From Candidatus Magasanikiibacteriota bacterium (GTDB lineage: Bacteria; Patescibacteriota; Patescibacteriia; Magasanikbacterales; UBA922), in assembly GCA_041674805.1 (NCBI GenBank), contig JBAYVA010000004.1, forward strand, positions 30,069 to 94,068: a DNA stretch of 64,000 nt, in the 5' to 3' direction. Both the position numbers and the translations under genes were made by a program. Every line of letters starts with the position of its first letter. Positions within the stretch are counted from its first letter, which is position 1. Shown here in pieces: positions 1-10,271 of the stretch. Under the pieces are notes generated by a model, which had not been told where the DNA came from, did not search any database, and saw nothing but the letters and a program-made list of their open reading frames with translations.

Positions 1-1288
1 GTTTATCAAAGATATTGCCGATTTTGTCGGACAAAGTGTAGAAATAAAAGCGTGGGTGTATAACTTACGTTCTTCAGGTTCTCTTTCTTTTTTGGAGTTG
101 CGTGATGGTACTGGTTTTATTCAAGCTGTTGTTGCCAAAGACAATGTTTCTGCTGAAACTTGGTTAAATACTGAAAAATTGACTCAAGAGTCTTCTATTA
201 GTTTGATGGGTACTGTAAGTAAGCATCCCAAAAAAGAAGGTGTTTATGAAATTCAAGTTACTGATTTGAAAATTTTTGGTTTGTCACAAGATTATCCAAT
301 CGCTCACAAAGAACATGGTCCAGAATTTTTGTTGGAAAATCGTCATTTGTGGCTTCGCTCAAAAAGACAATGGGCAATTTTGCGTATTCGCGATACTGTA
401 GAAACTGCTATCAATGAATATTTGCATAGTATAAATTTTGTACGTACTGATTCTCCAATTTTTACACCAAATGCTTGTGAAGGAACCACTACACTTTTCC
501 CTGTGCCATATTTTGATTTAGGTGAAGCTTATTTGTCACAATCTGGACAATTGTATATAGAAGCGGCGATTGCTAGTGTTGGTCGTTGTTATGATTTTGG
601 TCCAGTATTTCGTGCTGAAAAATCGGTAACAAAAAGACATTTGACAGAATTTTGGATGATGGATGCTGAAGCTGCTTTTGTAGAGCATGAAGAAAATCTT
701 CGTATTCAAGAAGGCTTAGTCAAAGCTATTGTCAAAAAATGTTTGGACAATTGTACTCAAGAATTTGAAATTTTGGAAAGAAATACTGAACCACTAAAAA
801 AAGTTTTGGAAAAATCATTTACTCGTTATACTTATGATGATGCTATTGTAAAATTGAATGAATTAGGTAGTGATATCAAACATGGGGAAGATTTGGGAAA
901 TGATGATGAAGGCTTACTTACCAAAGATAGTGATGTGCCTGTGTTTATTGAAAAATGGCCAAAAACTATCAAGCCTTTTTATATGAAGATAGATCCTGAA
1001 AACAATTCTCGTGTATTGAATGATGATTTGATTGGTATTGAAGGTTCTGGAGAATTGATTGGTGGTTCACAGCGTGAAGATAATTTTGATTTATTATTGG
1101 AAAGAATTAGAGAAGAAAATTTGCCAGAAGCTGAATATTCTTGGTATACAGATTTACGTAAATATGGTTCTGTACCACATGCTGGTTTTGGTATTGGGGT
1201 AGAGCGTGCTGTACGTTGGATGGCTGGTATTGAACATATCCGTGAGTGTATTCCTTTCCCTAGAATGGTGAATAGACTTAAACCATAA
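1..1288 (+). CDS. asnS: Asparagine--tRNA ligase (start lies just upstream of the window)
   Basis: Frame is open from base 2 (FIKDIADFVGQSVEIKAWVYNLRSSG). OB-fold FLELRDGTG, YLSQSGQLY, motif 2 FRAEKS..RHLTEFWM, motif 3 PHAGFGIGVER, IPFPR. Confidence 0.95.
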   Translation, partial: FIKDIADFVGQSVEIKAWVYNLRSSGSLSFLELRDGTGFIQAVVAKDNVSAETWLNTEKLTQESSISLMGTVSKHPKKEGVYEIQVTDLKIFGLSQDYPIAHKEHGPEFLLENRHLWLRSKRQWAILRIRDTVETAINEYLHSINFVRTDSPIFTPNACEGTTTLFPVPYFDLGEAYLSQSGQLYIEAAIASVGRCYDFGPVFRAEKSVTKRHLTEFWMMDAEAAFVEHEENLRIQEGLVKAIVKKCLDNCTQEFEILERNTEPLKKVLEKSFTRYTYDDAIVKLNELGSDIKHGEDLGNDDEGLLTKDSDVPVFIEKWPKTIKPFYMKIDPENNSRVLNDDLIGIEGSGELIGGSQREDNFDLLLERIREENLPEAEYSWYTDLRKYGSVPHAGFGIGVERAVRWMAGIEHIRECIPFPRMVNRLKP

Positions 1289-1318
1289 TTGTTTTATTTT
1301 AAATTAATTTTGTAATAG

Positions 1319-1347
1319 AAAACGTTCTTTTTGTAAAGGACGTTTTT
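1319..1347 (+). terminator. Intrinsic terminator after asnS
   Basis: aaaacgttcttt/aaaggacgtttt stem followed by T run. Confidence 0.6.
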
Positions 1348-1354
1348 AATTTAG

Positions 1355-1370
1355 TTCCGACTAGTCGGGA
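1355..1370. repeat. Short GC-rich palindrome TTCCGA-ctag-TCGGGA (copy 1)
   Basis: Same arms recur at 4837-4853. Confidence 0.6.
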
Positions 1371-1545
1371 TTAAATATTTGAGTTTAGAAAAATTAGTTT
1401 ATTATTTAAAATTAAAAATTCCAAAATTTCTAAATTATCTATATTAGCTATGGTGTGGATATTCTCCAGCTTTGCTATTATTCTTTATTTGCAATTTGTG
1501 TTATAATATTTACAAATACATTTTTAAACGGCTAACCAAAAATAC

Positions 1546-4500
1546 ATGAGTCGTTTTGTCTTAAATCAAGTTTTGAAAATAAAAAACTTGTTGTCAAAAA
1601 TATTACCAAAAAAATTATCCAAATATCATTATTTGGCATTTTTTGTTTCTTCAATTATTTTAGTTTTTATTTTTTCTAGTCATAGTGTAATTGCTGAAGG
1701 TAGTACAGATGTTTTCGGTGGTATCGGTAATTGGGTATCTGGTGCTTTGTTGACTTTTGCTAATTTAGCTATTTTGTTGAGTATTTTCTTTTTGAAATTT
1801 TTTATTCATTTAGCTAGTTACAACAATTATATTGATGTAAATGTCGTAAAAATTGGTTGGGTGATGGTACGTGATGTAGCTAATATGTTCTTTGTGGTTG
1901 CTTTGCTTATTATTGCTTTTGCTACTATTTTAGGTATTGAAAAGTATGAATGGAAAAAAGGCCTAGTCAAGTTGATTGCTATGGCTATTTTGATAAATTT
2001 TAGTAATTTGATAGCTCAAGTTATTATTGATGTAGCTCATGTTTTTACAATTACTTTTTTGAATGCTATTTCTGCTAGTGCTGGTGGTAATTTGATCAAC
2101 ATGTTTGATTTGGCTGAAATAAATACAATGGTTCATGGTAGAGAGCTTGGTTCTGATATGCAACAAGCCAATTATGCCATATTTGGTGCTGCTGTGTTGG
2201 CTCTTATTTTTTCGGTTATTACAGCGGTAACCTTGGGAGCTTATGCTATCGTGATGGCTGCTCGTGTGGTGGTATTGTGGGCTTTGATCATTTTGTCTCC
2301 ATTGGCTTATCTTTTGTCAGCTTTGCCTGATGGTGACAAATATGCTAGTAAATGGTGGTCAGAGTTCAACAGGCATGTGATAGTCGCTCCGGTAATGGTT
2401 TTTTTCTTATGGTTGGCTTTTGCTACTTTTGGTAGCGGCAATATTATGGCTGAAATAAGTAAAAGTGCGACCGTACCTTTGGATACTGGTAGTATTCCTA
2501 CTTCTATATCTTTGTTAGAAGTTTCTACTTGGGAAAATATGGCCAGTTTTATTTTGGGTATTATATTTTTGGTGATTGGTCTAAAAATGACACAGGAAAC
2601 AGGAGCAACTGCTTCTGGTATGGTAAGTGCTGCTGTAGATTGGGGTAAGAAAGTGGCTACTATTGCTAGTGGTTATGCTCTGGGTAGATGGATGGTGGGT
2701 AAGGGCAAGGATGCTGTTATAGAAAACACACCTATTGTTGGTATGCGATCTTTAAGACGTTACGGTAAACAAATAAAAGGTGTTACTACTTATCCATTCA
2801 AAAGATTTGCTATTGCACGTGATGGGCAAGTTCAAAATTTAGAAAAAAAACGAGAGGATGCAAAAAAAGAAGGTAAAACTTTTAAAAGTTTTGCTTTGGG
2901 TGCTGCTGTACTTGGAGCTACAGCTCTTTGGAGTTCTTCAAAAAGAAAAGACACTCTGGCCGATAATTGGGAGGATATTGCTGAACATATGGATAGAGAG
3001 CATGAAGCAAAAATATCTACAAGTAGAACTCCAAGTGGTGATTTAAAACAAACTGCTCGTGTGAGAGCTGATTTTGCTGTGGAAGCTAAAGATACAAAAG
3101 GTCCTCAAAAAGGTGCTGAACGTGCTTTAAAACTTATAAAAGAAAATGATAAATCAGTAGTAGATTCTTTGAAGGCTATGTCTTCATCAAAATCAAAAGG
3201 TGAGGTTGTAACTGGTTTAGTTGATGAAGTTAAACGTGAAAAATATTTGAAAGAAAGAGATAAAGATCAAATTTTAGACAAAAAAACAGATGATGATACT
3301 TATATGAAAATTTTGGCACGAAAGAAAGTTTTTAATGAAAAATTTCAAGAAACTGTTGATACTGATAGGGATTTAATGCAAGAAGATACTAGATTACATT
3401 TACATGATACAGATGATAATTATAAAAATTTAGATAATAGATCTACAGAAGCTGGAGAAAGATTGACTCAAGCAAAAAATTTATATGCTAAACGTATGGA
3501 TGAAGGCTCTGCTGTTGAAAAAGCTAAACTTATGGAAGATGATAAATTCAAGAAGAGAGAGCAGGAGTTTGGAACTCTTGAAGCTAGAACAAAAGCTATA
3601 ACAGAAGATGTTAATTCTCAAAAAGAATTATATTTATTGAAAGCTATTAAAGAGATTTTAGGAGAAATAACATTAGATACAAAAGGTAATATGACTGGTC
3701 CAGAAGATAATGTTTATAGAAGATCTTTTGTTTCTAAAGCGGCTGTAGAGAGATTGAAAGATGGTGTGGAAAGAACACAAATTTCTTCGTTGGCTTCAGC
3801 TAGAGCAGAAGGATATGAAAAAGAATCTGATGATTTACGTGCTAATTCTGTAAGAAAAAATGCTGCAGCTGAAATACAAAAAAGAGATACTGAAATGTTT
3901 GCTAATTTGAGTTATCAAGATAGACGTTTATTAGAGCAGACATTGATTGTCAAAATTCAAGAAGCTGAGGATAAAGGAGATACAGATCTTTTGAAAAAAC
4001 TTAGAATGCAAAAAAATTCTTTGACTACTTTGAATATGTTAGATGACGCTGAAACTTCTCGTGATACTCGTATTGATGCTTTAGATAAATTGGGTATTAA
4101 CGAATTAGGAGATAAAAATCGTTTAAAAGCAGAATTGCAAAGACGTCTTGGTGTTCATACAACAAAACTTGAAGCAGTTTCTATGGATGAGGGCGAACAA
4201 ATAGCATATCTTCAAAAACTTTTTGATGATTTATATGAAGGTCAAGAAGTTCAAAAACAGATTGTTTTGGAACAAATAGAAAAAGCTATGAAATCTGTTG
4301 CTATGAAAGGTGATGAATATGGTCTTGGTCTTATCAATTCAACACCAAGTAGTGATGATATAGCTTCTGGTACAATAACAAGATCTTGGAAAAGTAAAGC
4401 CGATAATGACGAGACAGATTATTTTGCTACAAGAGCTAGAGGAGTTGATAGTATTGAAGGTTATGCTAAATTAAAGAAAATTGGTGATAAATATAAAATA

Positions 4501-4800
4501 AATGGTTTTTCTAAAAGAGGGGTAAACTCAGTTTCATTTTTTTTCAAAGGTGTTGATTCTCGTTCTATGGCAGCAGAGAGTATGAAATCTGTAAGTAGTT
4601 CTGTTAATGAAGCTTCTGTTGATTCATCAAATGTAGATGAATATTTGGATTTTTTAGAGAAAACAAAAAGTTTAATGCAAAGTAGTGGTTATGAAACAGC
4701 AAAAAAACAGTGGGAACCTTTTATTGAAAAATTGGAAGCTGAGGCAGATTTTAAACAAAAGGAAAGATTAAAAGAAATTTTAAAAAAAAAGGAAGATTAA
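1546..4800 (+). CDS. VirB6/TrbL-like polytopic membrane protein with long charged C-terminal tail
   Basis: About 8 hydrophobic segments in the first ~380 aa with GWVMVRDVANMFF, AILINFS and LIILSPLAYL..LP motifs; ~700-aa K/E/D-rich helical tail; lies upstream of prgI/virB4. Confidence 0.7.
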   Translation: MSRFVLNQVLKIKNLLSKILPKKLSKYHYLAFFVSSIILVFIFSSHSVIAEGSTDVFGGIGNWVSGALLTFANLAILLSIFFLKFFIHLASYNNYIDVNVVKIGWVMVRDVANMFFVVALLIIAFATILGIEKYEWKKGLVKLIAMAILINFSNLIAQVIIDVAHVFTITFLNAISASAGGNLINMFDLAEINTMVHGRELGSDMQQANYAIFGAAVLALIFSVITAVTLGAYAIVMAARVVVLWALIILSPLAYLLSALPDGDKYASKWWSEFNRHVIVAPVMVFFLWLAFATFGSGNIMAEISKSATVPLDTGSIPTSISLLEVSTWENMASFILGIIFLVIGLKMTQETGATASGMVSAAVDWGKKVATIASGYALGRWMVGKGKDAVIENTPIVGMRSLRRYGKQIKGVTTYPFKRFAIARDGQVQNLEKKREDAKKEGKTFKSFALGAAVLGATALWSSSKRKDTLADNWEDIAEHMDREHEAKISTSRTPSGDLKQTARVRADFAVEAKDTKGPQKGAERALKLIKENDKSVVDSLKAMSSSKSKGEVVTGLVDEVKREKYLKERDKDQILDKKTDDDTYMKILARKKVFNEKFQETVDTDRDLMQEDTRLHLHDTDDNYKNLDNRSTEAGERLTQAKNLYAKRMDEGSAVEKAKLMEDDKFKKREQEFGTLEARTKAITEDVNSQKELYLLKAIKEILGEITLDTKGNMTGPEDNVYRRSFVSKAAVERLKDGVERTQISSLASARAEGYEKESDDLRANSVRKNAAAEIQKRDTEMFANLSYQDRRLLEQTLIVKIQEAEDKGDTDLLKKLRMQKNSLTTLNMLDDAETSRDTRIDALDKLGINELGDKNRLKAELQRRLGVHTTKLEAVSMDEGEQIAYLQKLFDDLYEGQEVQKQIVLEQIEKAMKSVAMKGDEYGLGLINSTPSSDDIASGTITRSWKSKADNDETDYFATRARGVDSIEGYAKLKKIGDKYKINGFSKRGVNSVSFFFKGVDSRSMAAESMKSVSSSVNEASVDSSNVDEYLDFLEKTKSLMQSSGYETAKKQWEPFIEKLEAEADFKQKERLKEILKKKED

Positions 4801-4836
4801 AAGAATAAAATAGTATAATTAATTTTCATATCATAT

Positions 4837-4853
4837 TTCCGATATCATCGGGA
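4837..4853. repeat. Short GC-rich palindrome TTCCGA-tatca-TCGGGA (copy 2)
   Basis: Same arms as 1355-1370. Confidence 0.6.
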
Positions 4854-4878
4854 TTGTGGAATAGTTGATTTGTTTTTT

Positions 4879-5889
4879 ATGAATAATGATTTACAAATAA
4901 AAAAAATTATTCAAAATAATAATTTTTCTGAGGTTGAAATTAAACTTAGAAAAATTATTATTGATCCTGTTGCTAAGGATGTCTTTTGGGGTATATTGGA
5001 TGAGGATTATTCTTTTGCGGATAATAAAAAAATACAAAATGATTGGTGGAAATTATATAGAATGTATGTAGAAATTTGTTGGAAAAAAATGCCAATGTTG
5101 CATATTGAATTTGTAAATAATCATTTATTTGCAAAACAATTAGTAATTGCTAGTGTACTTAAATTTGAACCTATTGAAACTTTATTAAACTATTTGGGTT
5201 CTAGATTTCTTTTGGAAGAAGAACAAATGTCTGAATATAAAAAAATAAAAGAAAGTATTTTCAATTCTAATATTGTTTTAGGTACATATAAAGGAAAAAA
5301 TGTTATTCAAAAAGAATTAATACAAGAAATTACAGAATTAAATAGTAAAAGTAACCCTACATTGGAGTTAGCTAATTTAAAAGCAAAATTAGAAGAAATA
5401 TTTTTTTCTAATTTTCCAAATGATTTGAATTTTGATAATTTTTTTGTAAATAAAAGAGAAGTTGTTGTAACATTTTTTTCTTTTGTACATTTTTTGATAG
5501 GTGTTCAACCAAAAAGTATTTCAAGATTTATTGATTTGTATTTTAATGGTAAAGAAATACTGAATAAATCAGAATTCTCTAATATCAATAATGCTTTGGA
5601 CGAAATAGTCAATTTAGATACTGACATTGTTGAAAATATAGAAAACAATGAAGATCTTTTATCTAATAGTACAAGCAATTTAGACAATAAATATTTGCAA
5701 ATCAAATCCCAACTAGAACAACAATTTTCTTATGATGAAAATGGAGAGTTGACTCCAATAGAAGAAGTTTTGAATATTTTGTCTCAAATGGCGGAAGAAC
5801 AAGGTGATGTAAATATTGAAGAGTTGTATATGTTTGATGAAAATGCTGGTAAGTTTGTCTGGAACGAAGAATTAACTAATGCTAAATAA
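4879..5889 (+). CDS. Hypothetical protein in T4SS-like operon
   Basis: Long ORF 2 nt from the next gene; ATG at 4879 preferred over TTG at 4870. Confidence 0.75.
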   Translation: MNNDLQIKKIIQNNNFSEVEIKLRKIIIDPVAKDVFWGILDEDYSFADNKKIQNDWWKLYRMYVEICWKKMPMLHIEFVNNHLFAKQLVIASVLKFEPIETLLNYLGSRFLLEEEQMSEYKKIKESIFNSNIVLGTYKGKNVIQKELIQEITELNSKSNPTLELANLKAKLEEIFFSNFPNDLNFDNFFVNKREVVVTFFSFVHFLIGVQPKSISRFIDLYFNGKEILNKSEFSNINNALDEIVNLDTDIVENIENNEDLLSNSTSNLDNKYLQIKSQLEQQFSYDENGELTPIEEVLNILSQMAEEQGDVNIEELYMFDENAGKFVWNEELTNAK

Positions 5890-5891
5890 GT

Positions 5892-7148
5892 ATGGCCGAT
5901 AATAAACAAGCCACAATTTTGGTAAAAAAAGCTGACGGTACAAAAGTACGCGTTACTCTTGAGGAATTCAAAAAAATGCGTGAAGGAGAAAAGGGGAATG
6001 GAGAAACATCCCAAACGTCTGGCAAGAGCGGAATGAGTGACAATGAACAGAATGTGATGAACAATGAGCTAATAACCCCGCTAGAAAATAATATTCAAGA
6101 AGAAAAAATGTTTGTCACTTCAGCTTCTGTACCTCTATCACCAGCTGTTACATTGTTAGAAAATGAACAAGTTTTAGCAAAAGAACAAAATGATGTACCT
6201 GTAGCAGAAGAAAATGAATTGGCAACAACTACACCAGTGACAGATATTTTTGTCAATGAAGCTGCTGCAAATTTTGAATGGGGTCAAAAAGACAATGAAT
6301 CACTTTTAGAAGAAGACAACAAAGAAGTAGTGGCTTTGCAAAACAAAGGTAAAGTGCATGTGGCTATGCATGATTTGAATGAACATATCAAAATGCCTAG
6401 TATGGGAATAGATGATGATATGAAAAATCGTGCTAAATCTTTGCTTATTTCTTGGCAAAAAGGTATTAGAAATGATTATCAGATTTTGGATTATGCTAAA
6501 CGAGATATCAATCACGGTGGTCTTGGTTTGGATGATGATCAAGCCAATAGATTTTTGAATCAAATAAAAAATTACAAAAATAATTTAGACAATTTGTTTG
6601 AAATAGTTTTTGAAAAAAAGAAACAACAAGTTATCTTGAATACTAATACAAAAAATGTTGTTGATGCTACATCAAAAAATGAAGTCCTAAACATAAATCC
6701 AGAAAATTTTAGAAAAGAAATTGCCAAAAATACTATTACAGATGATAATTTTTTTAGTGCTCCTTTTTCTCATACGCCACCAAAATCTGTTGTTTATGAT
6801 GTGGCTTCACCACAATCATTGAAACAAAAAACAACTGGACCAAAACAAGAAATATCCGAATTTTCATTAGTAGAATTTCGTCGTTTTGCCAAAGATCCTT
6901 ACAAATGTGCGGATATGTTATTTTCAAAATTTCAATCTTGGAAACAAGAATCTTATTTGTTGTTTTTAGATACTATGGAAGGTTGGCACTTGAGTCCTTT
7001 GTACAATATGTATGTCAGAGCAACCTTGGAAGCTTTCAACAAACATATTACTTTACAACAATTTTTTCAGACAAAAAATCCTAATGATTTTATTACTTTT
7101 GAAGAATACAAAAGTTTGATAGAGTTAAACGACAAGTTAAGTAAGTAG
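5892..7148 (+). CDS. Hypothetical protein in T4SS-like operon (disordered acidic linker, helical C-terminus)
   Basis: 418-aa ORF tightly packed with its neighbours. Confidence 0.75.
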   Translation: MADNKQATILVKKADGTKVRVTLEEFKKMREGEKGNGETSQTSGKSGMSDNEQNVMNNELITPLENNIQEEKMFVTSASVPLSPAVTLLENEQVLAKEQNDVPVAEENELATTTPVTDIFVNEAAANFEWGQKDNESLLEEDNKEVVALQNKGKVHVAMHDLNEHIKMPSMGIDDDMKNRAKSLLISWQKGIRNDYQILDYAKRDINHGGLGLDDDQANRFLNQIKNYKNNLDNLFEIVFEKKKQQVILNTNTKNVVDATSKNEVLNINPENFRKEIAKNTITDDNFFSAPFSHTPPKSVVYDVASPQSLKQKTTGPKQEISEFSLVEFRRFAKDPYKCADMLFSKFQSWKQESYLLFLDTMEGWHLSPLYNMYVRATLEAFNKHITLQQFFQTKNPNDFITFEEYKSLIELNDKLSK

Positions 7149-7153
7149 TTTTT

Positions 7154-7591
7154 ATGCAACAGTTTGTAGTACCACAATTTATTGAAGTAGAAGACAAAAT
7201 TTTTGGTCCAATTACAGTGAGACAGTTTCTTATATTATTAGTCACTGGTACTATTATCTTTTTTTCTTTTCGTTATGGAGATTTTTATTTGTTTCTTTTG
7301 TGCTTAGTTTTTTTTGGAGGTTTGGGTCTTATTTTCTCTTTTGTAAAAATAAATGGACAAAATTTTCATTATTTCATATTGAATGTTATACAAAGTTTAA
7401 AAAAACCAGATTTGCGTGTTTGGCACAAACATTATGACAAAGTTGAATTAAATTATTTACGTAAACGTGTTTTTGTTGTAGAGAGTGTTGACAAAAAACA
7501 AAAAAAAGTTCAAAAAAAACATATTAGAGATTTGGCTTTACTGGTGAATACTGGAGGATTTTATAAACCAGATGATGATTTTTCTTTTTAG
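7154..7591 (+). CDS. PrgI-family (VirB3-like) membrane protein
   Basis: MQQFVVPQFIEVEDKIFGPITVRQF N-terminus followed by two TM helices. Confidence 0.85.
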   Translation: MQQFVVPQFIEVEDKIFGPITVRQFLILLVTGTIIFFSFRYGDFYLFLLCLVFFGGLGLIFSFVKINGQNFHYFILNVIQSLKKPDLRVWHKHYDKVELNYLRKRVFVVESVDKKQKKVQKKHIRDLALLVNTGGFYKPDDDFSF

Positions 7592-7652
7592 TTTATTCTT
7601 TATCAAAAAGTAATTTGATTAGAAGTAGTAGATTTGTTAAATTTTTTATATT

Positions 7653-8339
7653 ATGCAAAATAAAAAAGCTTTAAAAAAAATAAACAAAAAACCAAATACG
7701 CAGACATATTTGCCTATTGCTGAAATTAGAGATGATGTTGTGGTTTTGAAAGATGGCACTTTGCGAGCAGTACTTATTACTTCTAGTATCAATTTTTCTT
7801 TGAAATCAGAAGACGAACAAAATGCTACAATTTCTTCTTATGTAGGATTTTTGAATTCTTTGGATTTTCCTATTCAAATTAGTGTGCAATCTAGACGTTT
7901 GCAAGTCAAACCTTACTTAGAGAAATTGATGGACCAAGAAAAAAAACAAACAAACGAATTATTGCGCATCCAAACAGCTGATTATCGTTCTTTTATTGAA
8001 GAGTTAGTAGATATTGGCAAAATAATGACCAAAAAATATTATGTGATAGTTCCTTATGATCCTTTGTCTAATAATAAAAAAAGTTTTTGGTCAAGGTTCA
8101 AGGAAGTTGTCAAACCAGCAATTTCTTTACGTCTAAAAGACGAAAGATTCAAACAAAGAAAAGATGGTTTGGAAATGCGTGTTAGACAAGTATCTAGTGG
8201 TTTGGAAAATATGGGTTTATCTGTAGCGCAGTTAGATACACAATCATTGATAGAATTATATTATAATACTTACAATCCAGATATTGCTTTTGCAGAACAA
8301 TTGGGTGATATCGAAAAACAGCAAATAGAGGAGTTGTAA
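7653..8339 (+). CDS. TraC/TrsD-like protein (separately encoded N-terminal part of VirB4)
   Basis: IRDDVVVLKDG, SINFSLKSEDEQ, FLNSLDFPIQI, YYVIVPY motifs; located between prgI and virB4. Confidence 0.75.
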   Translation: MQNKKALKKINKKPNTQTYLPIAEIRDDVVVLKDGTLRAVLITSSINFSLKSEDEQNATISSYVGFLNSLDFPIQISVQSRRLQVKPYLEKLMDQEKKQTNELLRIQTADYRSFIEELVDIGKIMTKKYYVIVPYDPLSNNKKSFWSRFKEVVKPAISLRLKDERFKQRKDGLEMRVRQVSSGLENMGLSVAQLDTQSLIELYYNTYNPDIAFAEQLGDIEKQQIEEL

Positions 8340-8377
8340 GTGTTTAGTTATTAAAAAAATAGTATATAATCATAAAT

Positions 8378-10255
8378 ATGCCTTTTAGACCTATTTCAAG
8401 CAGTAATATAAAAAACTTCAAAGATTACGAGCTTGAAGATAAAGAAAAAATAAAAATTAAAGAAGATTTAATATCTCTTGAAGAAGAGCGTGTTTATCGT
8501 GAAGGTACGGTGGCAATACGTGATCTTATTGCGCCCTCAGCTTTCAAAGTAGAACCAAATTTTTTACAATTGGGTGATACTTTTTTGCGTACTATTTTTG
8601 TAACTAGTTATCCTCGTTATATTGGAGTTGGTTGGAATGCTTCTATCCTCAATTTGAATTTGAGTATGGATGTTAGTATGTTTTTTTATCCTGTTAACTC
8701 TGCGGTAATTTTGAAACAATTAAAAAATAAAGTAGGTGCTTTGCAAGCACAATTGTCTTCAGACGCTGAAAAAGGCGCTGCCCGTGATCCTTTGAGAGAG
8801 ACAGCTTTACGTGATATAGAATCTTTGCGAGATGATTTGACTCAGGGTACTGAACATTTTTTTCAATTTGCTTTTTATATTACACTGTACTCAACAAGTA
8901 AAGAAGAATTGGACAAACAAACTGATGATTTGCACAATATTTTTGGTTCAAAATTGATTCATAGTAAACATGTTTTGTATCAATCTGAACAAGGCTTCAA
9001 TTCTACAATACCATTGGGAGTAGATGAATTAGTTATTTCTTTTAACATGAATTCATCTCCGATTGCAGCTTCATTTCCTTTTATATCCTCAGAGCTTACT
9101 AGTGATGATGGTATTTTGTATGGTATCAACAGACATAATAATAGTTTGATTTTGTTTGATAGATTTTCTTTGCAAAATGCCAATATGGTAGTATTTGCTA
9201 CTTCTGGTGCTGGTAAATCTTATGCTGTAAAATTGGAAATTTTGCGTAGTTTGATGATGGGTATTGATGTAATTGTAATTGATCCTGAAATGGAGTATGT
9301 TCATTTGTCTGAAGCTGTAAATGGTACTTATGTAAATATTTCTTTGGCTTCTGATAGTAAAGTAAATCCTTTTGATTTGCCAAGACCTGTTGGTCAACAA
9401 GTTTCAACTGAAGATGTGATTAGAAGTGCTGTCATTACTTTGAAAGGTTTGTTGCGTATTATGTTAGGTACTATAAATTCTACAGAAGATTCTATTTTGG
9501 ATAGAGCTTTGCTTGAGACTTATGCCAAAAAAGATATTACTATAAATAGTGATTTGTCTACTGTTGAAGCGCCTGTGATGCAAGATTTGCTGGATGTTTT
9601 GTCTGGTATGGATGGAGCTGAAAATTTAGTAATTAGATTAAAAAAATATACAGATGGTACTTTTGCTGGCTTATTCAATTCTCCAACCAATGTAAATACA
9701 AGTAATCAACTTGTGATATTTAGTGTGCGTGATTTGGAAGATGAATTGCGTCCAATGGCTATTTATACTTTGGTCAATTATATTTGGAATATTGTGCGTT
9801 CTGAAAAAAAGAAAAGATTACTTATGATAGATGAAGCTTGGTGGCTTATGATGCACGAAGATAGTGCCAAATTTATGTATGCTTTGGTCAAGCGTTGTCG
9901 TAAATATTTCTTGGGAGTAACAACTATCACTCAAGACGTCAATGATTTTTTGCGTTCTCCTTATGGACAAGCTATTGTGAACAACTCATCTATGCAATTG
10001 CTTTTAAAACAATCTCCTTCAGCAATTGATACTATTCAAAAGACTTTTATGTTGACAGAAGGTGAAAAATATTTGCTTTTGGATAGTCCGGTAGGACAAG
10101 GTATTTTCTTTGCTGGCAACAAACATGTGGCTATTCAAGTAGTTGCTTCTTATACTGAAGATCAATTGGTCACTACCAATCCTCAACAGCTTTTGGAAAT
10201 AGAAAGAGCCAAAAAAGATTTTCAAGATAAAATGAATAATGAGTATTTATCATAA
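8378..10255 (+). CDS. virB4: VirB4/TraC-like secretion ATPase
   Basis: Walker A ATSGAGKS, VIDPEMEY, Walker B LMIDEAWW, RKY..G..TITQ. Confidence 0.9.
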   Translation: MPFRPISSSNIKNFKDYELEDKEKIKIKEDLISLEEERVYREGTVAIRDLIAPSAFKVEPNFLQLGDTFLRTIFVTSYPRYIGVGWNASILNLNLSMDVSMFFYPVNSAVILKQLKNKVGALQAQLSSDAEKGAARDPLRETALRDIESLRDDLTQGTEHFFQFAFYITLYSTSKEELDKQTDDLHNIFGSKLIHSKHVLYQSEQGFNSTIPLGVDELVISFNMNSSPIAASFPFISSELTSDDGILYGINRHNNSLILFDRFSLQNANMVVFATSGAGKSYAVKLEILRSLMMGIDVIVIDPEMEYVHLSEAVNGTYVNISLASDSKVNPFDLPRPVGQQVSTEDVIRSAVITLKGLLRIMLGTINSTEDSILDRALLETYAKKDITINSDLSTVEAPVMQDLLDVLSGMDGAENLVIRLKKYTDGTFAGLFNSPTNVNTSNQLVIFSVRDLEDELRPMAIYTLVNYIWNIVRSEKKKRLLMIDEAWWLMMHEDSAKFMYALVKRCRKYFLGVTTITQDVNDFLRSPYGQAIVNNSSMQLLLKQSPSAIDTIQKTFMLTEGEKYLLLDSPVGQGIFFAGNKHVAIQVVASYTEDQLVTTNPQQLLEIERAKKDFQDKMNNEYLS

Positions 10256-10271
10256 ACTAATTGCTATTTTT

